NCBI GenBank assembly: GCA_021734125.1
Contig: JAIPJN010000002.1
Span: 1-57,502, forward strand
Length of the DNA: 57,502 bases
Origin: Patescibacteria group bacterium
Lineage (GTDB): Bacteria > Patescibacteriota > Patescibacteriia > JAGPKW01
Direction: 5' to 3'
The position numbers were made by a program, and so were the translations under genes. Shown piece by piece: positions 1 through 9,279 of the stretch. Every line of letters starts with the position of its first letter. The stretch's first letter is position 1. The notes under the pieces were generated by a model, which saw nothing but the letters and a program-made list of their open reading frames with translations, had not been told where the DNA came from and did no database searches.

Positions 1-239
1 TAGAAGAAGTTAGAATGATGGTAGGTAGTACAGAACCTAAATCAGCAACTCCTGGGACAATAAGAGGAGATTTTGCGCATGTAAGTTATAATTATTCTAA
101 TAAAAAAGATATAGGAGTTAAAAATTTAATACATGCATCTGATTCAAAAGAAAACGCAGATAAAGAAATATATTTATGGTTTTCTATGAATGAAATATAT
201 TCATATAAAACAGTTAATGATGTTCATATATTAGAATAA
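1..239 (+). CDS. ndk: nucleoside-diphosphate kinase, C-terminal part (5' end outside window)
   Basis: Frame is open to base 1. Translation ...TPGTIRGDFA...NLIHASDS...EIYLWF matches the conserved NDK active-site region. Confidence 0.85.
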   Translation, partial: EEVRMMVGSTEPKSATPGTIRGDFAHVSYNYSNKKDIGVKNLIHASDSKENADKEIYLWFSMNEIYSYKTVNDVHILE

Positions 240-254
240 TCAGAATTTAAATAA

Positions 255-283
255 AATACCCTTGTATATAGGGTATTTTTTTA
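255..283 (+). terminator. intrinsic terminator after ndk
   Basis: aataccc-N9-gggtatt hairpin followed by a T-run, shortly after the ndk stop. Confidence 0.7.
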
Positions 284-935
284 TTAAATAAATATATGAA
301 CACAAAAATTATTCATATATAAAATAAGCCAATATTAGGTAATATTTATATATAAAATCTTTACAAAAGGTAAAAAAGGTGATATACTAAAGCTGTAACA
401 AACTTAAAAAGGGTTTAGTTACAGGGAAACAAAAATTTATAACCTGTATTAAAAATACGAGTTATAAGGAACAAAAAAATATCCTATTTAATATAAATGA
501 GATATTTAAAAAATAAATCACTAGTTATTTTACTAGAACAAAACAAAACGAAAACAATCGATATTAAATCAAATTAAAACAAAATCAAACATATTAATTA
601 TCGATTATAAAAAAGTAAAATAAATAGAGATTATATATAAATTATTAGTTCCTGTTGTTTCTTACAAGAGGATTTTATTTTATAAGAAGATTTTTAAAAC
701 TTCTAACTAACAAGTCGAATTAGTTTAATAAATAATAAAATAAATATTCTCAAAGAGTTCTTTTAAAAAAGAATAACGAAACAGGGAAAAATCTTAACTT
801 AAACATTAGAAAAGCTCTGAGGTTTAAAGGTTAGATAAAAGCAATTTATTTCGTGGTATATTTGATGAAAATGGTGAAAAATGATAGTTCATCAAACATA
901 TAAACCAGGGGATAAATTCAAAAAATTTATACCCT

Positions 936-1020
936 TCCTTGTTTCCTTCGGCAAGGATTTTATTTTATCTTATACAGTATGTAAGAGAATATATAAAAAT
1001 CTAGTCAGTGACTTAATCTA
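936..1020. repeat. dispersed repeat R1, copy A
   Basis: ccttg..caagg hairpin plus attttattttatcttatacagYatgYaaga...aatctag. Shared with 1402-1490, offset about 470 bp. Confidence 0.8.
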
Positions 1021-1164
1021 GTATTTCAACTTAATTTCTCACGAAAAAGAGTTTGTAATATGTAGTATATAGACCTTAATCAAGATATTTATATCAAAAA
1101 TTAAATCTATATATAAGTATAAACAATAAATCAGGATTTCAATCTAAAATTTAAAGTTTATATA

Positions 1165-1333
1165 ATGTGTAATTAAATATTTAATTAAGAGTCAAATCAA
1201 GATTAATGTTTAAAACATAATGTGGACTGAGTATTTAATCGAGAGTCAAATCAAAATTAATATTTAACTTCACAAAATGTAATTAAGTTCTTAATCAAGA
1301 GTCAAATCAAGATTAATACTTAAATATCACATA
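1165..1333. repeat. 3x tandem repeat of 55-57 bp (iteron-like)
   Basis: Three head-to-tail units (1165-1219, 1220-1276, 1277-1333). Each carries the core ttaatYRagagtcaaatcaaRattaat. A fourth gagtcaaat lies at about 1647. Confidence 0.85.
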
Positions 1334-1337
1334 ATAA

Positions 1338-1490
1338 GATTATATCAGGCTTCTTTACTAAATATTCATTAAATCTTACATCTGTTACCAAGATGAAATA
1401 ATTCCTTGACCGACAAAACGGCAAGGATTTTATTTTATCTTATACAGCATGCAAGACGAATATATGAGAATCTAGCTAATTGATTTAATC
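1338..1490. repeat. repeat R2 copy 1 (1338-1408) joined to repeat R1 copy B (1402-1490)
   Basis: gattatatcaggctt...ttcattaa(a)tcttRcatctg...tgaaataattccttg matches 1570-1636. The following hairpin plus T-run plus cttatacag segment matches 936-1020. Confidence 0.8.
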
Positions 1491-1569
1491 GCATAAATTC
1501 CCTTTATTTATTAAAGAGAAAATACAAATGCAAATTAACCAAAACAAAATGTAAATTAATTTGTATCAG

Positions 1570-1636
1570 GATTATATCAGGCTTTATGACTATATGTTCA
1601 TTAATCTTGCATCTGCAAAGGTGAAATAATTCCTTG
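1570..1636. repeat. repeat R2 copy 2
   Basis: Aligns with 1338-1408 with scattered substitutions and ends in the same aataattccttg. Confidence 0.75.
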
Positions 1637-1758
1637 CCAACAAATTTGAGTCAAATTTATTTAATTCTGCCAAATAAACTTCACTCAAAATATAAAAAAC
1701 ATAAACCTATGTATAAAAACATGAGTTTATAAAAAACAAAAACAAAAACAAAAAACAT

Positions 1759-3987
1759 ATGAAACAAAAAAAACAAAAAAATAACACAAATTTATTAAAA
1801 ATATTCTTAAGTTGTTTTTTAATAGTGTCAGTAAGTTCTTCAGTAATGAGATTTTTAGAAGAAGAATTTTTATATAAAAAAAATGTTTTAAATCAAAATG
1901 AAATAAATAAAATATCAGATGAAGATAGAGAATATAGTAATAAAATAATAGAAATAGTAGAAGGGATAAATGATAATAATATAAAAATAGAAGAAGATTT
2001 TAATATAGAAAAAGATTCATTACTAACATTATTTACAGTAAAAGATGCGGAAGCATCAGAATTAACATATCAAGAGTATAAAAATAATTTAATACAATTA
2101 GAAAAAGATTTAACAGTAAATATAGATGAAGTCTTATCAGAAGAGCTTTCAGGTAAAATATTAATACAAACAGAAAATTATGGAGCTGGATGGTATGTAT
2201 ATCCAGAAAATAATTCAAGGTATTATTTAGGAAACCCAGAAGATGCGTTTGAAATTATGAGAGAGCTAGGGTTAGGAGTTTCAGGAGCAGATTTTAATTC
2301 TTGGGGAGATACAGCTCCTAGCAAGCTTTCAGGTATGATATTACTTAATGTAGATGATCAAGGCAAATCATATTATATAGATCCAGAAAGTTTAGAAATG
2401 CATTATTTAGGAACACCAGAAGATGCATTTAATTTAATGAAAGAATTAGGGCTTGGTATAACAAACCAAGACATAAGGAAAATTAGAGTAGGTATAGTCG
2501 GTGAAGAAATAATTGTTGAGGTTGAAGAAGAACAAGTTATAGAAGAAGAAGATGTAAATCAAGAACCAGAACTTTCTGCAATAGATTATGTAAAAAAACA
2601 ATCAGATATAATAAACACAGAAGTAGAAAAAGTAGAATTTGAAAATTATCAAGAAGTATATAATACAAAAGACTTTGAGATATTAGATACAAAAACAGGT
2701 AATATTTTATCAAATATACCAGCTGATGAAAAAATACAAATAAGATATAGTATTCCAACAGAATCATATTTAGTAACTAAAAACGGTATGATATATGTTC
2801 AAAGTAAAAATGGAATTAAATTAAAAAATACAAATAATGGAGTATTTCATTTAGATAGTAATAGTATAGATAAAGATTATGTAACATTAATTCCAAAAAT
2901 AGAAGAAGCCGTAGTTACAGAACCTGTAGATAATAGTTCAGAAACAAATACCGATGATACAAATACTAATACAGACAATGAAACAAATATTGATGATACA
3001 AATACTGATGTGAATGATAATACTGAAAATAATGATACGATTATTAGTGAAAATAATATAGAGACAATAGAGGATATAGAATTTTATAATCATCCATATG
3101 TAACAGAAGAATTTAAAATAAAGGTCGGAGTTACATATAAAACAATGCCCGCTATAATACAAAGTACAAGACAGTTTAATGTAGAAAATGAAGCAGGAAA
3201 TATATATCTTGTAGTAAATGCAAATGAAGAAATTAAAATATATTTTGAAGAGAGTTCCGATAAATATATAGTGGAAAAAGAAGGTACTAAAATTGTAGAA
3301 ACAAATGATTATTTAAAATTTGTGAATAGCGATGATAGAGGAGTATTTGAAATAGTAAATTTTGAAAATAGACCATCTTGGAATCAATCATTAAATTATA
3401 ATAAATATAGAGGAGATTTAGAATTAAGACATAATGATGTATATGACAGAACATGGGTTGTAAATGAAGTATATATGTCAGATTATTTGAAAGGTTCTTC
3501 AGAAAGTTCAAATGGTAATGACATGGAATATTTAAAAACAATGGCTGTAGCACAAAGAACATATGCAACATATCACTATTTAACAGAACATAAAAATTAT
3601 AATAATGAACATTTTCATGTTTGGGCAACAACAATGGATCAAGCTTATTCAGGATATGAAAGAGAAATAAGACAACCAAATGTAGTTCAAGCAGTTGAAG
3701 ACACAAGAGGAATATATGTAATTTATGATGATAAAATTATAGAAGCCTTATATTCAGCAAACGCAGGAGGGGAAACAAGATTAGTTTCAGAAGTTTGGGG
3801 AGGAAGTGATGTTCCTTATTTACAAAAAATGGAAGATCCATATACAGCAGATGATACTAGATATGGACATGGAATAGGAGTTTCACAAGTTGGAGCAAAG
3901 GGGTTTATAACAAATGAAAATTACAATTTTATAGACGTTTTAACATATTATTATACAAATGTAACATTAAATAAATTATATAATTAA
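1759..3987 (+). CDS. membrane-anchored SpoIID/LytB-domain protein
   Basis: 742-aa ORF with an N-terminal hydrophobic anchor. C-terminal motifs AQRTYATYH, YSANAGGETR and GHGIGVSQVGA are typical of the SpoIID/LytB domain. Also has an internal duplicated ~60-aa module and a T/N/D-rich linker. Confidence 0.85.
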   Translation: MKQKKQKNNTNLLKIFLSCFLIVSVSSSVMRFLEEEFLYKKNVLNQNEINKISDEDREYSNKIIEIVEGINDNNIKIEEDFNIEKDSLLTLFTVKDAEASELTYQEYKNNLIQLEKDLTVNIDEVLSEELSGKILIQTENYGAGWYVYPENNSRYYLGNPEDAFEIMRELGLGVSGADFNSWGDTAPSKLSGMILLNVDDQGKSYYIDPESLEMHYLGTPEDAFNLMKELGLGITNQDIRKIRVGIVGEEIIVEVEEEQVIEEEDVNQEPELSAIDYVKKQSDIINTEVEKVEFENYQEVYNTKDFEILDTKTGNILSNIPADEKIQIRYSIPTESYLVTKNGMIYVQSKNGIKLKNTNNGVFHLDSNSIDKDYVTLIPKIEEAVVTEPVDNSSETNTDDTNTNTDNETNIDDTNTDVNDNTENNDTIISENNIETIEDIEFYNHPYVTEEFKIKVGVTYKTMPAIIQSTRQFNVENEAGNIYLVVNANEEIKIYFEESSDKYIVEKEGTKIVETNDYLKFVNSDDRGVFEIVNFENRPSWNQSLNYNKYRGDLELRHNDVYDRTWVVNEVYMSDYLKGSSESSNGNDMEYLKTMAVAQRTYATYHYLTEHKNYNNEHFHVWATTMDQAYSGYEREIRQPNVVQAVEDTRGIYVIYDDKIIEALYSANAGGETRLVSEVWGGSDVPYLQKMEDPYTADDTRYGHGIGVSQVGAKGFITNENYNFIDVLTYYYTNVTLNKLYN

Positions 3988-4023
3988 ATATTATAAAGGC
4001 AGAAAATAATATTTATGTATATT

Positions 4024-4050
4024 GGAACGCGTTTCGGCGCGTTCTTTTTA
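4024..4050 (+). terminator. GC-rich hairpin terminator after the SpoIID-like gene
   Basis: ggaacgcg-tttc-ggcgcgttc followed by ttttt. A relative of the ggaacgcgcc palindrome family. Confidence 0.65.
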
Positions 4051-4244
4051 TTTTATAAAATGCAAATTTTTTTATTTGTGTTTATGTATTACATATTACC
4101 AAATACAATTGAAAAAATATATTTAATTTGGTATTATTAAAATAATTTTGTAAAAAAACCAAGAAAGAATTGAATTTTTTCTTTTAAAAGGGAAGATTAA
4201 ATTACATTTCTTTTTGCGATTTATATAAAAATTAAATAAAATTA

Positions 4245-5129
4245 ATGCCTAAAAATAATATTATAACTAAGGCAATTATACCTGTAGGTGGTTTAGGAAC
4301 TAGATTTCTACCAGTTACAAAAGCGCAACCAAAAGAGATGTTGCCTATAATAGATAAACCAGTTATACAATATATAGTTGAAGAGGCAGTAAAATCAGGA
4401 ATAAAAGACATAATACTAGTAACAAACTATAATAAAAGAGCTATAGAAGATCATTTTTCTCCAAATCCAGATTTATTAAATAATTTGAGAGAAAGAAATA
4501 AAACAAAAAAACTTAAAGAAATAGAAAAAATAACAAAACTTGCTAATTTTATATATGTTAGACAAGATGGTCCTTATGGAACAGGGACCCCAATATTAAA
4601 CGCAGAACACTTAATAGGAGATGAACCTTTTGCTGTTTTATACGGGGACGATTTATTTTTATCGAAAAAACCAAGATTAAAGCAATTAATGGATGTTTAT
4701 TATAAATATAAAAGTCCAGTTCTTACAGCTTATGAAGTGGGAGATGAAGAAACAGAAAAATATGGAATTATAGAAGGAGAATCCCAGAAAAATGGTGTTA
4801 TAAAAGTAAATAAAATTTTAGAAAAACCAGGTCCTAAAAAAACTGAATCAAGAATAGCTTCACTTGGAGGATATATACTTACGCCAGAGATATTTCAAAT
4901 ACTTAAAAAAACACCTATTAATAAAAAAGCTAAAGAACTTTTTTTAACAGATGCTATATATGAATATATGAAGAAAAAAAATGTATATGCTTGTAAAATA
5001 GATGGAGAATATTTTGATACAGGAAATCCATTGGAATGGTTAAAAACAAATTTAGCATTTGCAAAGAATAAAGATGGAATGAAAAGAGATTTTAAGAAAA
5101 TAGTAAATGAAGTAATGAATATAAAATAA
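4245..5129 (+). CDS. galU: UTP--glucose-1-phosphate uridylyltransferase
   Basis: N-terminal KAIIPVGGLGTRFLPVTKAQPKEMLPI signature. 294 aa, typical length. Confidence 0.9.
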   Translation: MPKNNIITKAIIPVGGLGTRFLPVTKAQPKEMLPIIDKPVIQYIVEEAVKSGIKDIILVTNYNKRAIEDHFSPNPDLLNNLRERNKTKKLKEIEKITKLANFIYVRQDGPYGTGTPILNAEHLIGDEPFAVLYGDDLFLSKKPRLKQLMDVYYKYKSPVLTAYEVGDEETEKYGIIEGESQKNGVIKVNKILEKPGPKKTESRIASLGGYILTPEIFQILKKTPINKKAKELFLTDAIYEYMKKKNVYACKIDGEYFDTGNPLEWLKTNLAFAKNKDGMKRDFKKIVNEVMNIK

Positions 5130-5130
5130 A

Positions 5131-5155
5131 AATGAGCCCAAAAGGGCTCTTTTTA
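5131..5155. terminator. bidirectional terminator between convergent galU and murI
   Basis: gagccc-aaaa-gggctc flanked by an A-run and a T-run. Overlaps the murI stop. Confidence 0.7.
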
Positions 5156-5962
5156 ATATTTCTCAATGTTTATACTTTTGGTAGACTTTATGTTATTTAA
5201 AAATAAACTACTTATTTCTAAAAAATTATCTGCATTATCACTTGTATAATAAGAATATTTTGGTTTTTTATTGCTAATATTTAATAAATCTAAACTTTCA
5301 AGATCGAACCTTAATTTTTTAGCAATTTCAAACCCAGAATTAATGATATTGATATTTTTTCCAAAATATTCAGTAAAATAATTAAAAAGAATAGGATAAT
5401 GAGTACATCCAAGCATTAAAGTGTCTATAGATTTATCATCAAAAAATTTTAAATATTCAGAAATAATTTCTTTTATTATTTTTTTATTGGAAAAGCCTTC
5501 TTCAACAATAGGAACAAGCAATGGACAGGCTTTTTGATAAACATCTATATTATTATTTATATGTTTTATATAATTTGAATAAGAATTACTTTTTATAGTA
5601 GCATTAGTTGCTATAACACCTACTTTATTATTTTTAGTTTTAGAAACACAAGCAAAAGCACCTGTTTCTAACACTCCATATATTGGTATATTTTTTATTT
5701 TTTTTCTTAAAAAAGAAAGAGCATAAGAAGATGAGGTATTACAAGCAATAAGAATAACTTTTATATTTTTAGATAATAAAAAATTAGCATCTTGTAAGGA
5801 ATACTTTTTTATTAATTTACTAGATTTGTTTCCATAAGGAGTCCTAGCATTATCACCAAAATATATAATATTTTCATTTGGCATTTCTTTAATAATTTCA
5901 GACATAACAGTAAGACCGCCAAAACCTGAATCAAAAATACCAATAGCTTTTTTATTATTCAT
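5153..5962 (-). CDS. murI: glutamate racemase
   Basis: IGIFDSGFGGLTV, ACNTSS and GCTHYP motifs (the two catalytic Cys regions). Confidence 0.9.
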   Translation of the reverse strand: MNNKKAIGIFDSGFGGLTVMSEIIKEMPNENIIYFGDNARTPYGNKSSKLIKKYSLQDANFLLSKNIKVILIACNTSSSYALSFLRKKIKNIPIYGVLETGAFACVSKTKNNKVGVIATNATIKSNSYSNYIKHINNNIDVYQKACPLLVPIVEEGFSNKKIIKEIISEYLKFFDDKSIDTLMLGCTHYPILFNYFTEYFGKNINIINSGFEIAKKLRFDLESLDLLNISNKKPKYSYYTSDNADNFLEISSLFLNNIKSTKSINIEKY

Positions 5963-6096
5963 TTATTTATATTTAATAAATACGATTTAATTATAACAAT
6001 TTTAATAAAAACACGCCACGACATGTTTTTGTATGTTTGCTGTTTATACAAAATCATTATATAATAAGCCACAAAGCAATTTTAATCAAATATACC

Positions 6097-7500
6097 ATGA
6101 GAAAAACCAAAATAATAGCTACAATAGGTCCTAAAACAGATACAGAAGAAATGATGGAGAAATTAATAAAAAATGGAGCTGATGTATTCAGATTCAATAT
6201 GAAGCATGGAAGTGTTGAATGGCATAAAGAAAGAATTCAAAGAGCTAGAAATATTGCAAAAAAATTAAACGAAACAATAGGCATTTTTATAGATTTACAA
6301 GGTCCTGAAATTAGAATAGAGACTAAAAATGAAGAATGTTTATGCATTAGAAAAGGTGCAGAGTTTTTGTTGTCAGATAAATTTTATGATCATATTCCAA
6401 CTGTAAAAGTAAGTGATCCAATTATTTTTAAATCATTAGAAGCAGGAGATCAAGTATTAATAGATGATGGTTTTCAAGAATTTAAAGTAATAGAAAAAAA
6501 TAATAAAGGATTAATATTAAAAGCTAGAGAAAATTATGTAATAGAGCATAGAAAAGGCTTGAATTTACCTGGGAAAAAAATAAAGCTACCTTCTTTAATA
6601 GATGATGATTATGAAAAATTAAAAATGGCAAAAGAAGTTGAGGTAGATTTTGTTGCACTTTCTTTTTGTAGAAACAAAGAAGATATTGATATATTAAAAA
6701 AAGAAATAAAGAAATTAGGACTAGAATTAGGTATAATAGCAAAAATAGAAAACAAAGAATCACTTGAAAATATAGATGAAATTATAAAAAACGTTGATTC
6801 TATAATGATAGCAAGAGGAGATTTAGGAATAGAAAATCCAATAGAAGAAATAGCATATATACAAAAAGAAATAATAGAAAAATGTAGAGAAAAAAATGTT
6901 TCCGTTATAGTAGCAACTCAAATGCTTCAATCTATGGTAAAAAATTCTAGGCCAACAAGAGCAGAAGCTACGGATGTAGCTAATGCAGTTTTTAATGAAA
7001 CTGATGCAATAATGCTTTCTGGGGAAACCGCAATGGGGGATCATCCTATAAGAGCAGTACAAACTATGAATAAAATTGTTGTATTTAATGAAGATAAAAA
7101 AGAAAAACACTTTAGAAATAAAATTTCTTTTGATAATCATACAGAATTGATTATAGAAACAACAGCAAATATATTAAACTCTGATAGAAGTAATAAAATA
7201 GATAAAACAATAGTAATAACAGATAGTGGTTATACAGCAAGAGCTATTTCAAGTCATAGATTAGAAAAAGAAATAATAGCTATAACAAAAAATGAATTAA
7301 CAAGAAATATGCTTAAATTATCTTTTGGTATAGTGAGTCATTTTATAGACTATGAAGATAAAAAAAATAAAATAAAACATCTAATTAATGAGTTGAAAAA
7401 AGCTCAAATAATAGAAAAAGGAAATTCAATATTACTTATTAGTGGGAGTAAATTAGATATTAAAAATGTAGAGAATTCTATAAAAATTTTGAATATATAA
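6097..7500 (+). CDS. pyk: pyruvate kinase
   Basis: The conserved N-terminus MRKTKIIATIGP starts at ATG 6097; the ORF-track start 6037 is a non-ATG upstream extension. Also has the MIARGDLGIE motif. Confidence 0.9.
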   Translation: MRKTKIIATIGPKTDTEEMMEKLIKNGADVFRFNMKHGSVEWHKERIQRARNIAKKLNETIGIFIDLQGPEIRIETKNEECLCIRKGAEFLLSDKFYDHIPTVKVSDPIIFKSLEAGDQVLIDDGFQEFKVIEKNNKGLILKARENYVIEHRKGLNLPGKKIKLPSLIDDDYEKLKMAKEVEVDFVALSFCRNKEDIDILKKEIKKLGLELGIIAKIENKESLENIDEIIKNVDSIMIARGDLGIENPIEEIAYIQKEIIEKCREKNVSVIVATQMLQSMVKNSRPTRAEATDVANAVFNETDAIMLSGETAMGDHPIRAVQTMNKIVVFNEDKKEKHFRNKISFDNHTELIIETTANILNSDRSNKIDKTIVITDSGYTARAISSHRLEKEIIAITKNELTRNMLKLSFGIVSHFIDYEDKKNKIKHLINELKKAQIIEKGNSILLISGSKLDIKNVENSIKILNI

Positions 7501-7504
7501 AGAA

Positions 7505-8179
7505 CTAAACCCCATTTCCAATATAATAACCAATGCCTCTTTTGTTTTTTATAAAACTTTTTCCAGTTTCTTTTTTTAATTTATTTTTTATTTTACTTAT
7601 ATAAACTTCAACTATATTTGAAAAAGGATCAAGATTCATATCCCATATTTTTTCAATTAATAAATCTTTTGATATAACAATATCTTTATTAATTACCAAA
7701 AAATATAATATAGAAAATTCTTTTTTCGTTAGGTCAATTTTTTTAGTTAAATAATAAAGCTGTTTAGAATTATTATTTAAAACCATTTCTTCATGTTTTA
7801 CTATTTTATCTAAAAAAATTTTAGGCCTTCTAGATAAAACATTTACTTTTTCAATTAATTCTGAATTAGAGAAAGGTTTTTTCATATATTCATCGCAACC
7901 AATTCTCAAACAATCTAGTTTATCTTTTAAATCATTTTTTATAGTTAAAAACATTATATAAGAATTTATATTAATACTTCTTAAATCTCTACATATTTCA
8001 TATCCATTTTTGCAGGGGAGGTTATAATCTAATATAATTAAGTCATATATATTTAAGCGAGCTTTTTCAAAAGCATTTTGACCGTTTATACAAGTATCAA
8101 CAGCATGGCCTTCTTTCTTAAGTATAGTGGAGACGAATTTTAATATCTCCTGGTTATCTTCTACGCATAAAATTTTCAT
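7505..8179 (-). CDS. OmpR-family response regulator (receiver + winged helix), no adjacent kinase
   Basis: MKILCVEDN...LIILDYNLP receiver motifs. C-terminal ...RGIGYYI winged-helix ending. Confidence 0.85.
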   Translation of the reverse strand: MKILCVEDNQEILKFVSTILKKEGHAVDTCINGQNAFEKARLNIYDLIILDYNLPCKNGYEICRDLRSININSYIMFLTIKNDLKDKLDCLRIGCDEYMKKPFSNSELIEKVNVLSRRPKIFLDKIVKHEEMVLNNNSKQLYYLTKKIDLTKKEFSILYFLVINKDIVISKDLLIEKIWDMNLDPFSNIVEVYISKIKNKLKKETGKSFIKNKRGIGYYIGNGV

Positions 8180-8293
8180 GTTATATATTATTAATTAATT
8201 AAATTATTTTTTATATATATTATATAAAATAAAAAACTATATAAAAAATTAATTTTTCCTAAAAAATAGCTAAATTTTTAAAAAAATAAACAA

Positions 8294-8488
8294 ATGGAAT
8301 TTAATAAAAAGACTAAACTTAGTGAAATTTTACAAAACCCTAAAGGTAATGAAGTTTTACACAGGAACGGAGTTCCATGCGTTACATGCCCAATGGCACA
8401 ATTTGAAATGGAATCTTTAGAAATAGGTCAAATTTGTGAAATGTATGGAATAGATTTAGAAAAAATATTAAAAGAATTAAATGAATAA
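8294..8488 (+). CDS. DUF1858-type small protein (hybrid-cluster-protein-associated redox disulfide domain)
   Basis: 64 aa. The pattern KLSEIL...VPCVTCPMAQFEMESLEIGQICEMYGIDLEKILKELN resembles the DUF1858 family. Confidence 0.6.
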   Translation: MEFNKKTKLSEILQNPKGNEVLHRNGVPCVTCPMAQFEMESLEIGQICEMYGIDLEKILKELNE

Positions 8489-9266
8489 AAAAATAAAAGG
8501 TAGTGGTCAACGATCGTTGACCAAGCGATCGCTGATCAGTACAAATCAACGATCTTTGACCAAGCGATCTCTGATCAGTACAAAGCAAAAATTGTTGACC
8601 ACAAAATTAACGGACAATGAAGAAAATATTTTATTAGTTAATAAACCAAAAGGAATTACGTCTTTTGATGTTATAAGAATATTAAGAAAAGAATTAGGAA
8701 TAAGGAAAATGGGGCATTCAGGAACTCTAGATCCAATGGCAACAGGCCTTATTTTAATTGGTGTAAATAAAGGAACTAAAAAATTAAAAGATTTGATAGG
8801 ACTTGATAAAATTTATGAAGCTGAGATTACTTTTGGGAAAAAGACTGATAGTTATGATTTAGATGGAAAAATTTTAGAGAAAAAAGAATTAAATAAAGAA
8901 AATATTAATAAAATTGATAAAAATATAGATAAAATTCTAATTGAATTAACTGGAGAATTGGAAATAGAGGTGCCAATATATTCTGCTATAAAAAGAAATG
9001 GTAAAAAATTATATGAATATGCAAGATCTGGAAAAGAAATTGATTTACCAAAGAAAAAAATGATAATTTATTATATTAAAAAAATAAATAAAATAAAAAA
9101 AGAAGATAAATATATTCTAAATTTAGAATTAAAAGTATCTTCTGGAACTTACATAAGATCTATTGTTAATGAAATAAATAAAAAAACAGGAATTCCTTGT
9201 GTACTTTCAGCTTTAAATAGGACTCAAATAGGGGGATATAAATTAAAAGATGCAATAGAATTATAA
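8481..9266 (+). CDS. truB: tRNA pseudouridine(55) synthase
   Basis: ILLVNKPKGITSFDV...HSGTLDPMATGL catalytic-Asp motif. Start is uncertain: ATG 8481 reads through the repeat, and in-frame TTG codons at 8592/8595 are alternatives. Confidence 0.85.
   Translation: MNKKIKGSGQRSLTKRSLISTNQRSLTKRSLISTKQKLLTTKLTDNEENILLVNKPKGITSFDVIRILRKELGIRKMGHSGTLDPMATGLILIGVNKGTKKLKDLIGLDKIYEAEITFGKKTDSYDLDGKILEKKELNKENINKIDKNIDKILIELTGELEIEVPIYSAIKRNGKKLYEYARSGKEIDLPKKKMIIYYIKKINKIKKEDKYILNLELKVSSGTYIRSIVNEINKKTGIPCVLSALNRTQIGGYKLKDAIEL
8505..8585. repeat. palindrome ggtcaacgatcgttgacc plus 2x 39-bp tandem repeat
   Basis: Units 8508-8546 and 8547-8585 differ at 3 positions. In frame with the truB ORF, giving QRSLTKRSLIST twice. 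Confidence 0.9.
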
Positions 9267-9279
9267 TAAATCAGAATCT

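Noticed and set aside
300-1758. The gene-free repeat block as the chromosomal replication origin
   Set aside because: I found no TTATCCACA-type DnaA boxes and no dnaA, dnaN or gyrB nearby. The iteron-like repeat alone is insufficient. It is kept only as a weak alternative under the repeat finding.
6037-6096. Upstream non-ATG starts proposed by the ORF track for pyk (6037), hsdM (11700), the SLATT gene (17817), the 26093 ORF and dnaG (52214)
   Set aside because: In each case the conserved protein N-terminus or a proper RBS coincides with a downstream ATG (6097, 11754, 17865, 26138, 52250). The extensions add non-conserved residues or overlap the preceding gene.
8382-8588. 68-aa minus-strand ORF across the truB 5' repeat
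   Set aside because: It is the reverse reading of the palindromic tandem repeat (hence the repeated QRSLGQRSL) and overlaps the DUF1858 gene. It is an artefact of palindrome symmetry.
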